Source: a virus
Lineage: Duplodnaviria > Caudoviricetes
Direction: 5' to 3' (one strand)
Virus record (IMG/VR): IMGVR_UViG_3300010376_000008
Span: 1-63,137 of that record
Length of the DNA: 63,137 bases
The notes under the pieces were generated by a model, which was given only the letters and a program-made list of their open reading frames with translations, made no database searches and was not told the DNA's origin. Below, in pieces: positions 37,646 through 47,307 of the stretch. The position numbers and the translations under genes are program-made. Position 1 is the first letter of the stretch. Every line of letters starts with the position of its first letter.

Positions 37646-37912
37646 CTATCTGTAGCGCCTCAGTACCGGCAACGTCCCGAGGACCGTCAATTCCGGCTCG
37701 AACACCTGGTAGGCCTGGCTGCCGTCCGGCATGCGGCACAAAACTGGCGTCCCGTTCCGCATCGCCTGCTGCTGGCTACCGACCGCAGCCGCACTATCGG
37801 GCAGCGTCAGCGTCTTGGCAACCGTGAGCGGCGACGTGCTGGCGGCCGTCACACCCTTTGCGACATGGTGCGCGGCCGCCCCCGTGATGTTCAGGCTATA
37901 AGTTTCCGCCAT
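37646..37912 (-). CDS. Small structural-module protein
   Basis: TGATG coupling with upstream gene; MAETYSLNIT.. Confidence 0.6.
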   Translation of the reverse strand: MAETYSLNITGAAAHHVAKGVTAASTSPLTVAKTLTLPDSAAAVGSQQQAMRNGTPVLCRMPDGSQAYQVFEPELTVLGTLPVLRRYR

Positions 37913-39078
37913 CAGGGTGCCGGTTGCAGGGTCGCGTAATCGTTCACGCTGCCCATCGTGAGCGCCACCGTGAGGCCGCCCGCGATCGAGCCGGATTGCG
38001 CCACCGCCGGGTTCACGACGATCACCGGGTTCGGAGCCGCCAGGAACAGGCCGCCGTCGATGATCGTGCCAACCTGCGGGGCGATCGAGTTGGTACCGGT
38101 AACCGTCAGGTTGATCTGTGCCTGCCGCGGCCGCCAGGCGAGCAGGTTCTTGTTGTAGGACGCCGTGATCGTACCGGTACCCGGGTTGCCGCCGGTCGTG
38201 GTCAGCAACGCCGCCACGGTGCCGTACGGGCCCGTCGCGCCGCCGGCGACCGAGCCGGCCGTCACGGTCTGCATGACGTTGGCGGTCAGCGAGCCGTTGG
38301 TGCCAGCGCCGGCCAGCGTGAGCGTGATGTTGGCCGGGTTGGACAACGCCACGCCCGGGTTCGTGAGCAGCGCACCGGTCAACGATCCCGATTGCGTCAA
38401 CGTGAACACGACGGTGGCATTGGTGATGCCGGTCACGAGGTTCGGATCCGTCGGATTCGGGAATAGCGTCACCGTCAAGTTGGACGGATATCCGGCACCC
38501 TGATTGAGCATCGTGACGCCGTTGACGGTGCCGTTCGCAATCGACGCCCACGCGGTCGCCTGGATGCCGCCGACGCCGTTGGCGTTGTTGGCTGGGCCGG
38601 GAGGTGCCGGGATGAACACGATCGGCGCAACGCCGTAGCCGGCGCCGTTGTTCGAGATCGACGCCGTCAGCGCGCCGCCAATGAGTGGAACCCAGGTCGA
38701 GGTGCCGCCAGCCACCGTGATGCTCGAGGTGGCTTGCGCGTAACCCGAACCCTGGTTCGTGATCGTCGCCGACACCGGCGTTCCGGTTCGGTTGGCAATG
38801 CGCAGGTTGAACCCGTCGCTCTTGACGTACGCGCACGCGCCGTTCCAGGCCGACGCCGGGATCAGGGTCCACGTGCCGTTGACCGGATCGAGGAACTCGA
38901 GAACCAGATACGAGCCGAGCCCGATATACCAATTGCCGGCCGGAACCGGCAGCTCGTCGCCCGGCGCCAGGGCGATCGTATTGGTCGGCGTGTCGTACGG
39001 AGCGTTCGACAGTTCCGACGGGTACAGGTTCTGCGGGAGCGGCAGACCGAGCCCAGGTCCACTCAGGGGAGCAGGCAT
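37912..39078 (-). CDS. Capsid decoration/spike-like protein
   Basis: Directly after MCP; Gly/Thr/Ala-rich; NQGSGY/NNGAGY/NQGAGY repeats. Confidence 0.6.
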   Translation of the reverse strand: MPAPLSGPGLGLPLPQNLYPSELSNAPYDTPTNTIALAPGDELPVPAGNWYIGLGSYLVLEFLDPVNGTWTLIPASAWNGACAYVKSDGFNLRIANRTGTPVSATITNQGSGYAQATSSITVAGGTSTWVPLIGGALTASISNNGAGYGVAPIVFIPAPPGPANNANGVGGIQATAWASIANGTVNGVTMLNQGAGYPSNLTVTLFPNPTDPNLVTGITNATVVFTLTQSGSLTGALLTNPGVALSNPANITLTLAGAGTNGSLTANVMQTVTAGSVAGGATGPYGTVAALLTTTGGNPGTGTITASYNKNLLAWRPRQAQINLTVTGTNSIAPQVGTIIDGGLFLAAPNPVIVVNPAVAQSGSIAGGLTVALTMGSVNDYATLQPAP

Positions 39079-39091
39079 GATTCACCTCGTT

Positions 39092-40126
39092 TCAGAATGC
39101 AGCTCCACCGACGTTGTAGGCCCAGAAGCCACTCGACGGTTTTGCAGTGATGAAGTCGTAGCCGACGACCACGACACCTTGCTGGCCGATCTGCCCCAAC
39201 GGCACCAGCGAGTAGAACCCGCTGAAGTCGAATGCCGCGTCCTCGGACAAGTACAGATTCGAGTACTTGACGTTGACGCCGAACACGTTGCCGGCCGGCA
39301 GGAAGTGGTCGAGGAAGATCGGAACGCCGTTGACATTCAGGTTCGGGAACCCGGATCGAACGGCGGTATCCATCGTGTACTGCCCGCCGACATTCACGAA
39401 TTGCGTCTCGTTTCCGATGAAGTCCTTTTGCAAGGTTGCCCAATCGCCTGGCGCCATGACGATGAAAGTCGGGGCCTCGCCGCCGGCCAGGTCGGTCACC
39501 TTGGTGATCAACGTGCCCATCGTGGCGCGCGTAAAGCCGACCGTCGACACGGTTGACTGGAACGTCGCCATGTTGACGTACTGCCCCTTGAACGCAGTGT
39601 TCAGCGAGCGCGACACACCGCCGTACGAGGCGAAGTTGGTGCCGTCGTCGAATGCGTTCTGGAATGAATCGGGAAACAGCGAATTGGACGAATTGTTGGT
39701 GAACAGCAGCCGCGCCATGTTCTGGCGCGTCACGGCATAGACGTCGTTCATCCTGGCCTTGAGCAAACTGATCTCGCGATCGGTTGCCTGGATGACCGTC
39801 TCGCCGAAGGGAAGCGGAACCGGCACCACCCAATAGGCAAGGTTGAACTGGAGATTTTGTATGCCGGGCGTGATCGTCGGCGAGTTGAAGCCGCCACCGT
39901 AGCCGGTGAACTGCCCCTGGACCATGCTTTGGCCCTGCGCCGGGATCGTCACCTGGTTCAAGCCGCCGGCCGCGCGCTGCGCATTGCCGGTCAGGTAGAA
40001 CAGGCTCGGCGAGCCGAAATAAATCTGGACGAACAGCCGCGGAACGAACGCGCGCCGCGTAACGGCGGTCAGTTCATTGTAAAGCGAGCCGGCCGCAGGC
40101 GCGACGCCGATACCAGGAAGCGGCAT
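39092..40126 (-). CDS. Major capsid protein
   Basis: 344 aa, GGAGG RBS, after scaffold; ELTAVTRRAFVP, GVPIFLDHFLP. Confidence 0.82.
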   Translation of the reverse strand: MPLPGIGVAPAAGSLYNELTAVTRRAFVPRLFVQIYFGSPSLFYLTGNAQRAAGGLNQVTIPAQGQSMVQGQFTGYGGGFNSPTITPGIQNLQFNLAYWVVPVPLPFGETVIQATDREISLLKARMNDVYAVTRQNMARLLFTNNSSNSLFPDSFQNAFDDGTNFASYGGVSRSLNTAFKGQYVNMATFQSTVSTVGFTRATMGTLITKVTDLAGGEAPTFIVMAPGDWATLQKDFIGNETQFVNVGGQYTMDTAVRSGFPNLNVNGVPIFLDHFLPAGNVFGVNVKYSNLYLSEDAAFDFSGFYSLVPLGQIGQQGVVVVGYDFITAKPSSGFWAYNVGGAAF

Positions 40127-40140
40127 TTGTCAGTCCTCCA

Positions 40141-40728
40141 TCACCGCGACGATTGCCCGCGCACTTCCGCGAGGGCGTCACGCGCCATCTTGTCCACCAC
40201 AGGCTCATAGTCGGCCTTGGTTTCGAGCAGTTTCTTTAGATCGGCTTCGCCGTCGCTGACGCCCTCAATGAAATTCCAGGCGCCGGCGCCGCGCGGGGCG
40301 ATCGGCGGAGGCGGCGGATTGTGCCGCTCGAAAATGGCCACGGCGTCGTCGACGTCGAGAATCCCCTTCTCGTCCATCAACTTGCGAACGGCCGCGATCC
40401 CCTCGTCGGTCCATCTGGCCTGCCGCAAGCGCGCAATGCCGGCTTCGATACTGTTACTGATTGACGCGATCTTGGCCTTCGCGTCGGCGTCGGCTTCTTT
40501 TTTCTCGGCCGCCGTTTTGTAGTCGGAAAATTCCTTGCGCAATGCCTCCAACGGCGCGTTGATTTCGGCCTCGTGGTCGAGCAGCGGCGCCGGCGCGTTC
40601 GGGTCGACGGTACGGTGCGCCTGTTCCAGCAACCGGCGCGACTTCGGATTCTTGAGCATCAAGTCGGTCGCGGACTGGAGCTGCTGGAACCGACGGAATT
40701 CGGCCTCGTCAACCTCGATCTTGGGCAC
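40141..40728 (-). CDS. Capsid scaffolding protein
   Basis: Charged, helical, immediately upstream of MCP. Confidence 0.65.
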   Translation of the reverse strand: MPKIEVDEAEFRRFQQLQSATDLMLKNPKSRRLLEQAHRTVDPNAPAPLLDHEAEINAPLEALRKEFSDYKTAAEKKEADADAKAKIASISNSIEAGIARLRQARWTDEGIAAVRKLMDEKGILDVDDAVAIFERHNPPPPPIAPRGAGAWNFIEGVSDGEADLKKLLETKADYEPVVDKMARDALAEVRGQSSR

Positions 40729-40743
40729 GCTCGGAAACTCCTG

Positions 40744-40935
40744 TTACTTGCCGACGCCCGGCGCCGATCCGGCATTCGGAACGTGCGAGAGCGCCAGCGC
40801 CCCCGACTTGCCCTGCGCCGGCAGGATCGACTTGCGGCCGCCGATATCGATCTGCTCCATCCCGACGCGGACGATCTGCTCGTCGCTGGTCGGAATCGTC
40901 TTGGCCTGATTCTGGAAGATGTTGAGATTGCTCAC
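40744..40935 (-). CDS. Small hypothetical protein
   Basis: AGGAG RBS. Confidence 0.65.
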   Translation of the reverse strand: MSNLNIFQNQAKTIPTSDEQIVRVGMEQIDIGGRKSILPAQGKSGALALSHVPNAGSAPGVGK

Positions 40936-40945
40936 GTGCTAACTC

Positions 40946-41167
40946 CTAGTAATGGTGCCCCTTTTTGCGACACGGCAGGTTATCGACGCTCGGCCAATCG
41001 TACTTCGGGTAGTTGGCCGCGCGGGTATCCCGGTATTCACCGGGAACCATGTCAACCGTGACGGTCAAGTTCGTGTCACGCTGCTCGCTCGCCGGGGCAT
41101 CCGATCGCGGCGCCACATCGGTTTGAAACAAGCTGCGTTGTTTGATGTTGGTGAGATGCGACATCAA
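40946..41167 (-). CDS. Small hypothetical protein
   Basis: Tiling. Confidence 0.55.
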   Translation of the reverse strand: MMSHLTNIKQRSLFQTDVAPRSDAPASEQRDTNLTVTVDMVPGEYRDTRAANYPKYDWPSVDNLPCRKKGHHY

Positions 41168-41544
41168 GCGGCCTGCGGCGTTTGCGCGCCGGCCCCCGGC
41201 GACTGCTGTCCCTGTCGAACGGCCTGCAACATCTGGTTCTGCTGCGTATTGCGCATGGCCATCTGCTGAATCTGATCTCTCTCGGATGCCGGCGACGATG
41301 ATCCGGCCGGCACATGCTTGGAAAGTCTGGTCAAAGCTTGCAACACATCCTTGCCGGGATCGGAACCGGCCCCGAACATCGGGACCAGTTCCTCGAGTTG
41401 CTTCAGGACCATTGCCAGCTTCTGGAGACCGGCCGCCTCCATCCCCCGGTTCGGAGTCGGCCCGACTGCTGAAGTCGATCCGAACGGAGGATGCCCCGTT
41501 TGGGGCGGCGTACCAGGGACGGAAGCAGGCGATCCCTCGGCCAT
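41164..41544 (-). CDS. Pro/Gln-rich head-module protein
   Basis: ATG 41544 directly after micropeptide stop. Confidence 0.7.
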   Translation of the reverse strand: MAEGSPASVPGTPPQTGHPPFGSTSAVGPTPNRGMEAAGLQKLAMVLKQLEELVPMFGAGSDPGKDVLQALTRLSKHVPAGSSSPASERDQIQQMAMRNTQQNQMLQAVRQGQQSPGAGAQTPQAA

Positions 41545-41548
41545 CGGT

Positions 41549-41584
41549 TTACTTCCGACGACCCCTACGATGCCGACGAGCCAT
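41549..41584 (-). CDS. Unannotated 11-aa Arg-rich micropeptide MARRHRRGRRK
   Basis: GAGGGAG SD; ATG GCT CGT CGG CAT CGT AGG GGT CGT CGG AAG TAA. Confidence 0.6.
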   Translation of the reverse strand: MARRHRRGRRK

Positions 41585-41730
41585 GAGACTCTCCCTCTGT
41601 TGTGCTGAAACATTCAGCCTCCACAGAATGCTCGCAATAACCGAAGGTTGGGGAGACGATACGAGTTAACACCTCTAGGCAGTAGTGAACTTGTGTGAAC
41701 AACGGCTTGGTGATAAAAGACGATTCCGAG

Positions 41731-41913
41731 ATGGCAAACAGTCACGAATATCTCACGGTCAAGGAAGCCGCCGCGATTGCGCGCATGCACCCCGACTCGC
41801 TTTGGCGAATCATCCGCACCGCGCCCCGACGCGCCCCGCCGTTTGGTCGCATCCGGCGAACCATCCGGATCCCGACGGCTAAATTCCACGAGTGGATGGA
41901 ACGGAGAAAGTAA
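41731..41913 (+). CDS. Excisionase/MerR-like HTH protein
   Basis: YLTVKEAAAIARMHPDSLWRII..RTIRIP..FHEW. Confidence 0.8.
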   Translation: MANSHEYLTVKEAAAIARMHPDSLWRIIRTAPRRAPPFGRIRRTIRIPTAKFHEWMERRK

Positions 41914-41915
41914 CG

Positions 41916-42263
41916 ATGTTTTCAATTTCTATCGTGTTCGGCCCGAATGCGACCGCGTGGCGGCTCCTGTACAAGGAGGAAGCCAGTTTCGAAAATGCAA
42001 AAACAGCGGTTCAGAATCGCGCCGGCGCGCACCTGACTTTGACGGATGATTTCGGGCAAATCGCCAGCATCAACGGCGACGAGATCATCGCCACAATGGC
42101 CGAGGACATGGACGCCTCCCGGCTGGCATCCATCGAACTGATGCTGCACCAATTTCGCACACAAAAAGATGCCGAGCGGCGCGCGCAAGCCGAGCCCGGA
42201 ATGCGAACGGCAACCCCGGTCCTGACACCGATGGGGCTCCCGAACGGCGTACGCCCGTTCTAG
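41916..42263 (+). CDS. Hypothetical protein
   Basis: GGAG RBS; cotranscribed with HTH. Confidence 0.7.
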   Translation: MFSISIVFGPNATAWRLLYKEEASFENAKTAVQNRAGAHLTLTDDFGQIASINGDEIIATMAEDMDASRLASIELMLHQFRTQKDAERRAQAEPGMRTATPVLTPMGLPNGVRPF

Positions 42264-43984
42264 CGCTTGCTGCCCAACTGCTTTTTCAGGATCACCTCGC
42301 CAACCTCGGGGTGCTCCTGCAGCAGTTTCTGCATGAATTCCTGCTGCTGCTTCTGCTTGTCGCGAAGCGCGATCTTGGCGGCTTCCTTGTTCGGGTACGG
42401 CATGTTGTCGAGTACGTATTCACCGTCGACAAAGCCCAATTTCGCGCCGGCGAAAATGATCTGCGTGTTTTCATCAGCGAAGATCGGGCTTGACGAATGA
42501 CTGTCGATCGTCACCCGACGATCGTTCCCAAGATCGGCGAACGAAAACGCCGTGTCCTCTACCAGCAAGGGCTGATCGGCGTTCAGCCACAATTTATTAG
42601 CGTCCTTCGTCTCGAGAATGGACAGCGTCGTGTTGGCGGCGGCCGCACACTGCCGTTCCACCAGCAGTGACCGCTTGCGCAAGGATGGAGAACCCGTCTT
42701 GAGCAACGTGTCGGCGTGTGCGCCCGCCCGAACCCCCGGCTCGCCGCGACCCTGCATGATCTCCGGAAAGCCGCCGATGATGTTGATCATCTCGATGATG
42801 AATTTGATCATCGGCAGCATCTCGGGCGGAATTTTCGGCGTCAAATCCTCGATCTTGGCATTCTGCCCGAGGTTGGCCCAACCGGCGATCCGGAACTGCG
42901 CATACAGTTCGTCGGTCATGCCGCCTTCGCCGATGAACCCGAGAATCTTGTCGACCTGCAGGCCGAACAATCGACGCGCGTCCTCGGCCCACGACGACAG
43001 CAACATCTGCGGCTCGATCAGGTCGACCAGCTCGCTACGCCCCCAGAACCAGTTTGTCGTGCGGTTCGGCTGAATCAACGAATAGGGATGCATGCGGTGG
43101 ACCCCGAGCAGGTTCCGCCGCTGGTGTACCGGCTCGATCAGAATGTCCGGCTCGATCATCTGCAGCGTGACGTAATCGTCGTCGCCCTTGACCCACAATT
43201 CGTGAAATTTCACCGTACCGGCCGCCACCACCGGGCCCATGATGGCGTAGTTCGGATCGTTGTTGAGCTGCACGATGCCGCCCGGCAGCGGTCGCGTGGC
43301 AGACTGCACGCCGGTTTGAATCTGCGACGTCGACAGCACCTGGTGAAAGAAGCTGTTCGGCGCCGCCGACGCCTCGCCGGATCGCGCGTGTGAAATTATT
43401 TTCTCGTAAAGCTTGCCGGCGCTCGGCATGTTGTAAATGCGCGACCACACTTCCGGCATCGTCAACAATTGCGTCTCAACCATTGCCTCCTGGCGGTCGA
43501 GCCGGTTCTGGTCCTCGCGATACACGCCGAATTGCCACGGCATGACAAGCGAATCGTGCATCGTCACGTGCTCGTCGCGGCCGGCGCCTTCCGTCTGCGG
43601 CCATTGCTTCAGGATCGCGGCACCGTACTTCAACGATTCGTAGACCCCCTGCCCGAACGTCATGTCGGTGTCGTTGCACTCCCACAGGCGAGTGACGTTT
43701 TTCGCCACCTCCTTGGCTTGTTTCATCTTTTGCGGCGGCTGGGGATGGTCGAAATCGACCTGGAATTTTAATTCCACCGGGGAAAACAGGTGTGAAGCCG
43801 TTCGATCCAGGTGCGAGTTGAGCAAATTAATCAGCGACTTGCGGCCGGTCGAATCGCCCGTTTCGGCAATCACGTTGAGCAGCCGATAATAGGCCGCCCG
43901 CATTCCCGTGCTGACCTGACATTGCTCGATCAAGTCGTTCGCAAACGACACCAGACTGCGATGATCGGAGGGGACGGGGATCAC
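42260..43984 (-). CDS. Portal protein
   Basis: 574 aa after terminase; FWGRSELVDL, EIMQGRGEPGVRAG. Confidence 0.8.
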   Translation of the reverse strand: MIPVPSDHRSLVSFANDLIEQCQVSTGMRAAYYRLLNVIAETGDSTGRKSLINLLNSHLDRTASHLFSPVELKFQVDFDHPQPPQKMKQAKEVAKNVTRLWECNDTDMTFGQGVYESLKYGAAILKQWPQTEGAGRDEHVTMHDSLVMPWQFGVYREDQNRLDRQEAMVETQLLTMPEVWSRIYNMPSAGKLYEKIISHARSGEASAAPNSFFHQVLSTSQIQTGVQSATRPLPGGIVQLNNDPNYAIMGPVVAAGTVKFHELWVKGDDDYVTLQMIEPDILIEPVHQRRNLLGVHRMHPYSLIQPNRTTNWFWGRSELVDLIEPQMLLSSWAEDARRLFGLQVDKILGFIGEGGMTDELYAQFRIAGWANLGQNAKIEDLTPKIPPEMLPMIKFIIEMINIIGGFPEIMQGRGEPGVRAGAHADTLLKTGSPSLRKRSLLVERQCAAAANTTLSILETKDANKLWLNADQPLLVEDTAFSFADLGNDRRVTIDSHSSSPIFADENTQIIFAGAKLGFVDGEYVLDNMPYPNKEAAKIALRDKQKQQQEFMQKLLQEHPEVGEVILKKQLGSKR

Positions 43985-44538
43985 GCACGCCGCCTATAGC
44001 CTGGTGCCGTCGTCTCGAGCGCGGGAAGGTCAGACGTCGCCGACCCGTGACTGATCTGCGCGTGATGCTCGTGCAGCACGTTGCGCATGCGCGCGCCTGC
44101 ATTCGGAAACGCCCCAGCCTGCACGTTCGCACCGTACTCGGCGCCGTTCGGCACGCCGAAACCGGTCGGCAGCCCGCGCGCCCGCATCTCATCCATGCGC
44201 TGGGTCACGGAGTTGTTGACCGGCACCGCGGCGACTTCGCCCTGATGTCGGCTCGATCTAAGATCGGTGATCTTCAACCCCGACATCTCGGATACCGAGC
44301 AGCCGGCTGCCTCGGCCGCCATCTCGGCACGCCGCTCGGACGCTGCCTCGACCTGCCGGAAAACCGAATCGTGCGCCTTGGTGACGCCCGAGAGGTGGAG
44401 AAACGGAACAACCACATCCGAGTCGGCCCGCTCCTGGCCCCAGCTGGAGCTGCACTCCGGGCATTTCGACGGCATCGGTTTCTTTGCGTCGTACCGCGTC
44501 TTGGCCCGGCAGAAATTGCAAACGATGGAGTAACCCAT
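43981..44538 (-). CDS. Zn-ribbon protein between terminase and portal
   Basis: CNFC..CPEC. Confidence 0.7.
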   Translation of the reverse strand: MGYSIVCNFCRAKTRYDAKKPMPSKCPECSSSWGQERADSDVVVPFLHLSGVTKAHDSVFRQVEAASERRAEMAAEAAGCSVSEMSGLKITDLRSSRHQGEVAAVPVNNSVTQRMDEMRARGLPTGFGVPNGAEYGANVQAGAFPNAGARMRNVLHEHHAQISHGSATSDLPALETTAPGYRRRA

Positions 44539-44545
44539 TGATTTG

Positions 44546-46462
44546 TTACCTGTATCTCCAACTTTGCCGAACCGCCAGCCGCTGCTGTGCGGCGCGCACA
44601 ATGCGCTTCTGGCGGAAAAACTGATCCAGCTGACTCTTGCTGAACAACGACGCCTGGTCAACGATGCTCAACCGCTTACGGGCCGACACCTGTTCGCGAG
44701 TCATGTTCTGGGTAACCAGCCCCTTCCGGGGCCCGTGCTCCCAGCAGTGGGTGGCGAACGCGCCCGACATGACGCGATCGTCCCGCTTGGAAGCCGGCGG
44801 CTGGATGGTGTCGCCCTCACGCGCCATCCACTTCATTTCCTTGACCAGTTCGAGCGACCGCAACCGGATGTTATCGTTCATCACATAGTCGCGGTAACGC
44901 TCCAGCATCGTGATCTTGGTGCTGGCCGTCGTCTTGATGTGGAAATTGAAGGTGCCGCCGAGCGCGTCCGGGCGCGTGTAGAGGAACGTCCGCACGTTGC
45001 GGAACACGTCCTGCAATCCCCGCTCCTGAATGTCCTTAGCCTGGTACCCGACATCGATCTGGTGCTTCAACGACCGCAACTCATTGAACACCGCCGTGCC
45101 GGGCCCGTTCAGCTCCAGCGCATACCAGATTTGCGCGTTGTCAGCGCCGTACCAGCCGAGCAGGCTGGCAATCACCCACGCCAGCTGGTTCGTGGCGATC
45201 AGCGCCGAACTGTACTCGGCCACCTGGTCGAGCCCGTCGGCGTACGCGCGGAACACCTCGATCGACGACCGATCATTGTTCTCGCTGACCCCATAGGCCG
45301 GGTCGCAGCCGAGCACATAGCGACCGTCCGGATCGGGATCCTCCCAGACCTTAAGCTCGGTATAACGCCAATCCTGCGCCGGATAAACCTTCATCTTGAA
45401 GAATTCATTTCCGGCCAGGTACAAATAACCTTGATACTTGTTGGAAACGTACTTACGAGTTACCTCGTTCAAGTGATCGGCCGGGAAAAATGACGCCTGG
45501 GCCTGTTGCCAACTATCTTCCTCTATTACCGGCTGCTCCTGCATTCGCAGGTATTCCTTGCCGGTGCGCGAATCTGTCTCCACCTCGTCGACCGCGCGCG
45601 CCGTTGGGTCCATCTTGCGCCGGTACCAGGCCCACTGCTCGGACTCGATCGTGACACCGTAGCGCTCGCGCACAAGCGCGATCTTCTCGGCCTCTTTGTC
45701 GGACAGCGGCGCCTTGCCGTAGCGCGCAAAGTCGGGATCCTCGCGCTCGATCCGCTGGCTGTCCTTGGCCCAGAACCCGAGAAAGATGCACTTGCAATGC
45801 GGATCCTGCTTGGCTTCCTCGTACATGAAGTACCAGTCGTTGTAGCCGCGCGCGGTCGACTCGTAAATGTAAAGGCGATGCGGATGCACGTCGGACAGCG
45901 ACTGCTCGAACGCCTCGAGCCCTTCCGGATTGTCGTACGAGCAAAGCTCGGACAAATGCGCAAACGACAGGCCGACCGACCGGCCGAGCGTGCCGCTCGA
46001 CTTGGACCGCTTCACGCCGGCCGACTTGAACAGGATCTGGGAATCGTTCTCCAGCGTCAGGCTGTCACGATTGCCGCGGCCACCGCCGGAAATGCGCGGA
46101 AACTTCAGCTTGCCCGGCAAATCCTTGATGATCGTCACCAGCTGGTGACGCGCCTGCTCCTTGTTCGGCGCCGTGTCGAACACCAGCGCGCCCTTGAGGC
46201 CTCGGTGCACACCGATATAGAAAACCGACAGCAGTTGAATGATGGTCGTGACGCCGAGCTGCCGGCTTTTCAGGATGTAGATTTTGTGAATGCCGGCTTC
46301 CAGGGCATCCAGAATTTCAGTAATAACGTAACGCTGGCCGAAGAAAATGTTCTCGCCAATGCAGATGAACCCGGCATCCTTCGAATTGACATAGGAATTA
46401 TTAAGGAACTGGTAAAACGCCGTCTCGAACGCGTCCCGTTCCTGCGGGGTCCAACCACTCAT
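44546..46462 (-). CDS. terL: Terminase large subunit
   Basis: Walker A ILKSRQLGVTT, Walker B AHLSE, ESTARG, nuclease YVLGCDPA..DDRVM. Confidence 0.92.
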   Translation of the reverse strand: MSGWTPQERDAFETAFYQFLNNSYVNSKDAGFICIGENIFFGQRYVITEILDALEAGIHKIYILKSRQLGVTTIIQLLSVFYIGVHRGLKGALVFDTAPNKEQARHQLVTIIKDLPGKLKFPRISGGGRGNRDSLTLENDSQILFKSAGVKRSKSSGTLGRSVGLSFAHLSELCSYDNPEGLEAFEQSLSDVHPHRLYIYESTARGYNDWYFMYEEAKQDPHCKCIFLGFWAKDSQRIEREDPDFARYGKAPLSDKEAEKIALVRERYGVTIESEQWAWYRRKMDPTARAVDEVETDSRTGKEYLRMQEQPVIEEDSWQQAQASFFPADHLNEVTRKYVSNKYQGYLYLAGNEFFKMKVYPAQDWRYTELKVWEDPDPDGRYVLGCDPAYGVSENNDRSSIEVFRAYADGLDQVAEYSSALIATNQLAWVIASLLGWYGADNAQIWYALELNGPGTAVFNELRSLKHQIDVGYQAKDIQERGLQDVFRNVRTFLYTRPDALGGTFNFHIKTTASTKITMLERYRDYVMNDNIRLRSLELVKEMKWMAREGDTIQPPASKRDDRVMSGAFATHCWEHGPRKGLVTQNMTREQVSARKRLSIVDQASLFSKSQLDQFFRQKRIVRAAQQRLAVRQSWRYR

Positions 46463-46508
46463 GGGGCAAAGCATAGCACAAAATCAGTCTAGTGCTATAC
46501 TGCCCGGC

Positions 46509-46796
46509 ATGGCTGAAACCGACGATCCCAAAAGCAACGGCTTCGGCCACATGATGGCGATCATCTCGATCGGACTCGCCATCGCGGGCGTGCTGGTAAC
46601 CATCATGCTGTCGGTCCTGTCCGGCATCGGGGCCAGAATCGACGACGTCCGCAAGACAACCCTTTCGCTCCGCGAGCACGAACAATTCCTGCGAAGCCAG
46701 GAAGCCGCCGTAACACACAACCAAACCAAGATTGACGATCTCTTTACCAAGATGTTCGAATTGCAGCGCCAGGTAGACCGCGCCAACTGCAAATAG
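46509..46796 (+). CDS. TM + coiled-coil protein, divergent from terminase
   Basis: Single TM then heptads; TGcTATACT just upstream. Confidence 0.7.
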   Translation: MAETDDPKSNGFGHMMAIISIGLAIAGVLVTIMLSVLSGIGARIDDVRKTTLSLREHEQFLRSQEAAVTHNQTKIDDLFTKMFELQRQVDRANCK

Positions 46797-47069
46797 TTAC
46801 CGGAATCCCCGCTGCCGTTGAGCCACCTCGTCGAGCTGAGCCAACATCATCTCGACCTTGGCCTTGAGAATCCCCCAGAACTGCGCCGGCTCCTGCCTGG
46901 CGTCGAGAATCAACATCTCGATCGGCTCCCCGCCGGTGGCCGGCGGCGCCGCCACGAATGCCCCGCCGAACACTGCGGCGCCGTTCCGCTCCAGGCGGTC
47001 GGCCATTTCCCGAAAGCGGTCGGCGACCGCCTTGATGTCAACCGTTTGGCCGTGAATTGATGATTCCAT
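46797..47069 (-). CDS. Hypothetical protein
   Basis: Tiling. Confidence 0.65.
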   Translation of the reverse strand: MESSIHGQTVDIKAVADRFREMADRLERNGAAVFGGAFVAAPPATGGEPIEMLILDARQEPAQFWGILKAKVEMMLAQLDEVAQRQRGFR

Positions 47070-47307
47070 GTTCCAGTTTCTTTTGCTGTTTTTCCTCGCG
47101 CAGGATTCGCAAAGCTTCCTGCCTGATCAATTCCGACCAGCGCGATACCGCATAGGCCGGATCGTCCCCCTTGGCCTTGTGCGACGCGCGCCCCATCTCG
47201 GCAAGAATCACCGCCATTTTCTTGGCAGCATCGATGATGCCGTGCTGGGTCTGCGTGGTCAACGCCATGTGCCGAACGAAATCGTCGGTGAACGGACCGC
47301 CGCTCAT
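47038..47307 (-). CDS. Hypothetical protein
   Basis: ATGA overlap. Confidence 0.6.
   Translation of the reverse strand: MSGGPFTDDFVRHMALTTQTQHGIIDAAKKMAVILAEMGRASHKAKGDDPAYAVSRWSELIRQEALRILREEKQQKKLEHGIINSRPNG

Noticed and set aside
34902-37827. Long + strand ORFs (449 and 681 aa) and similar antisense ORFs elsewhere
   Set aside because: Antisense shadows of high-GC genes with Arg-rich, motif-free translations
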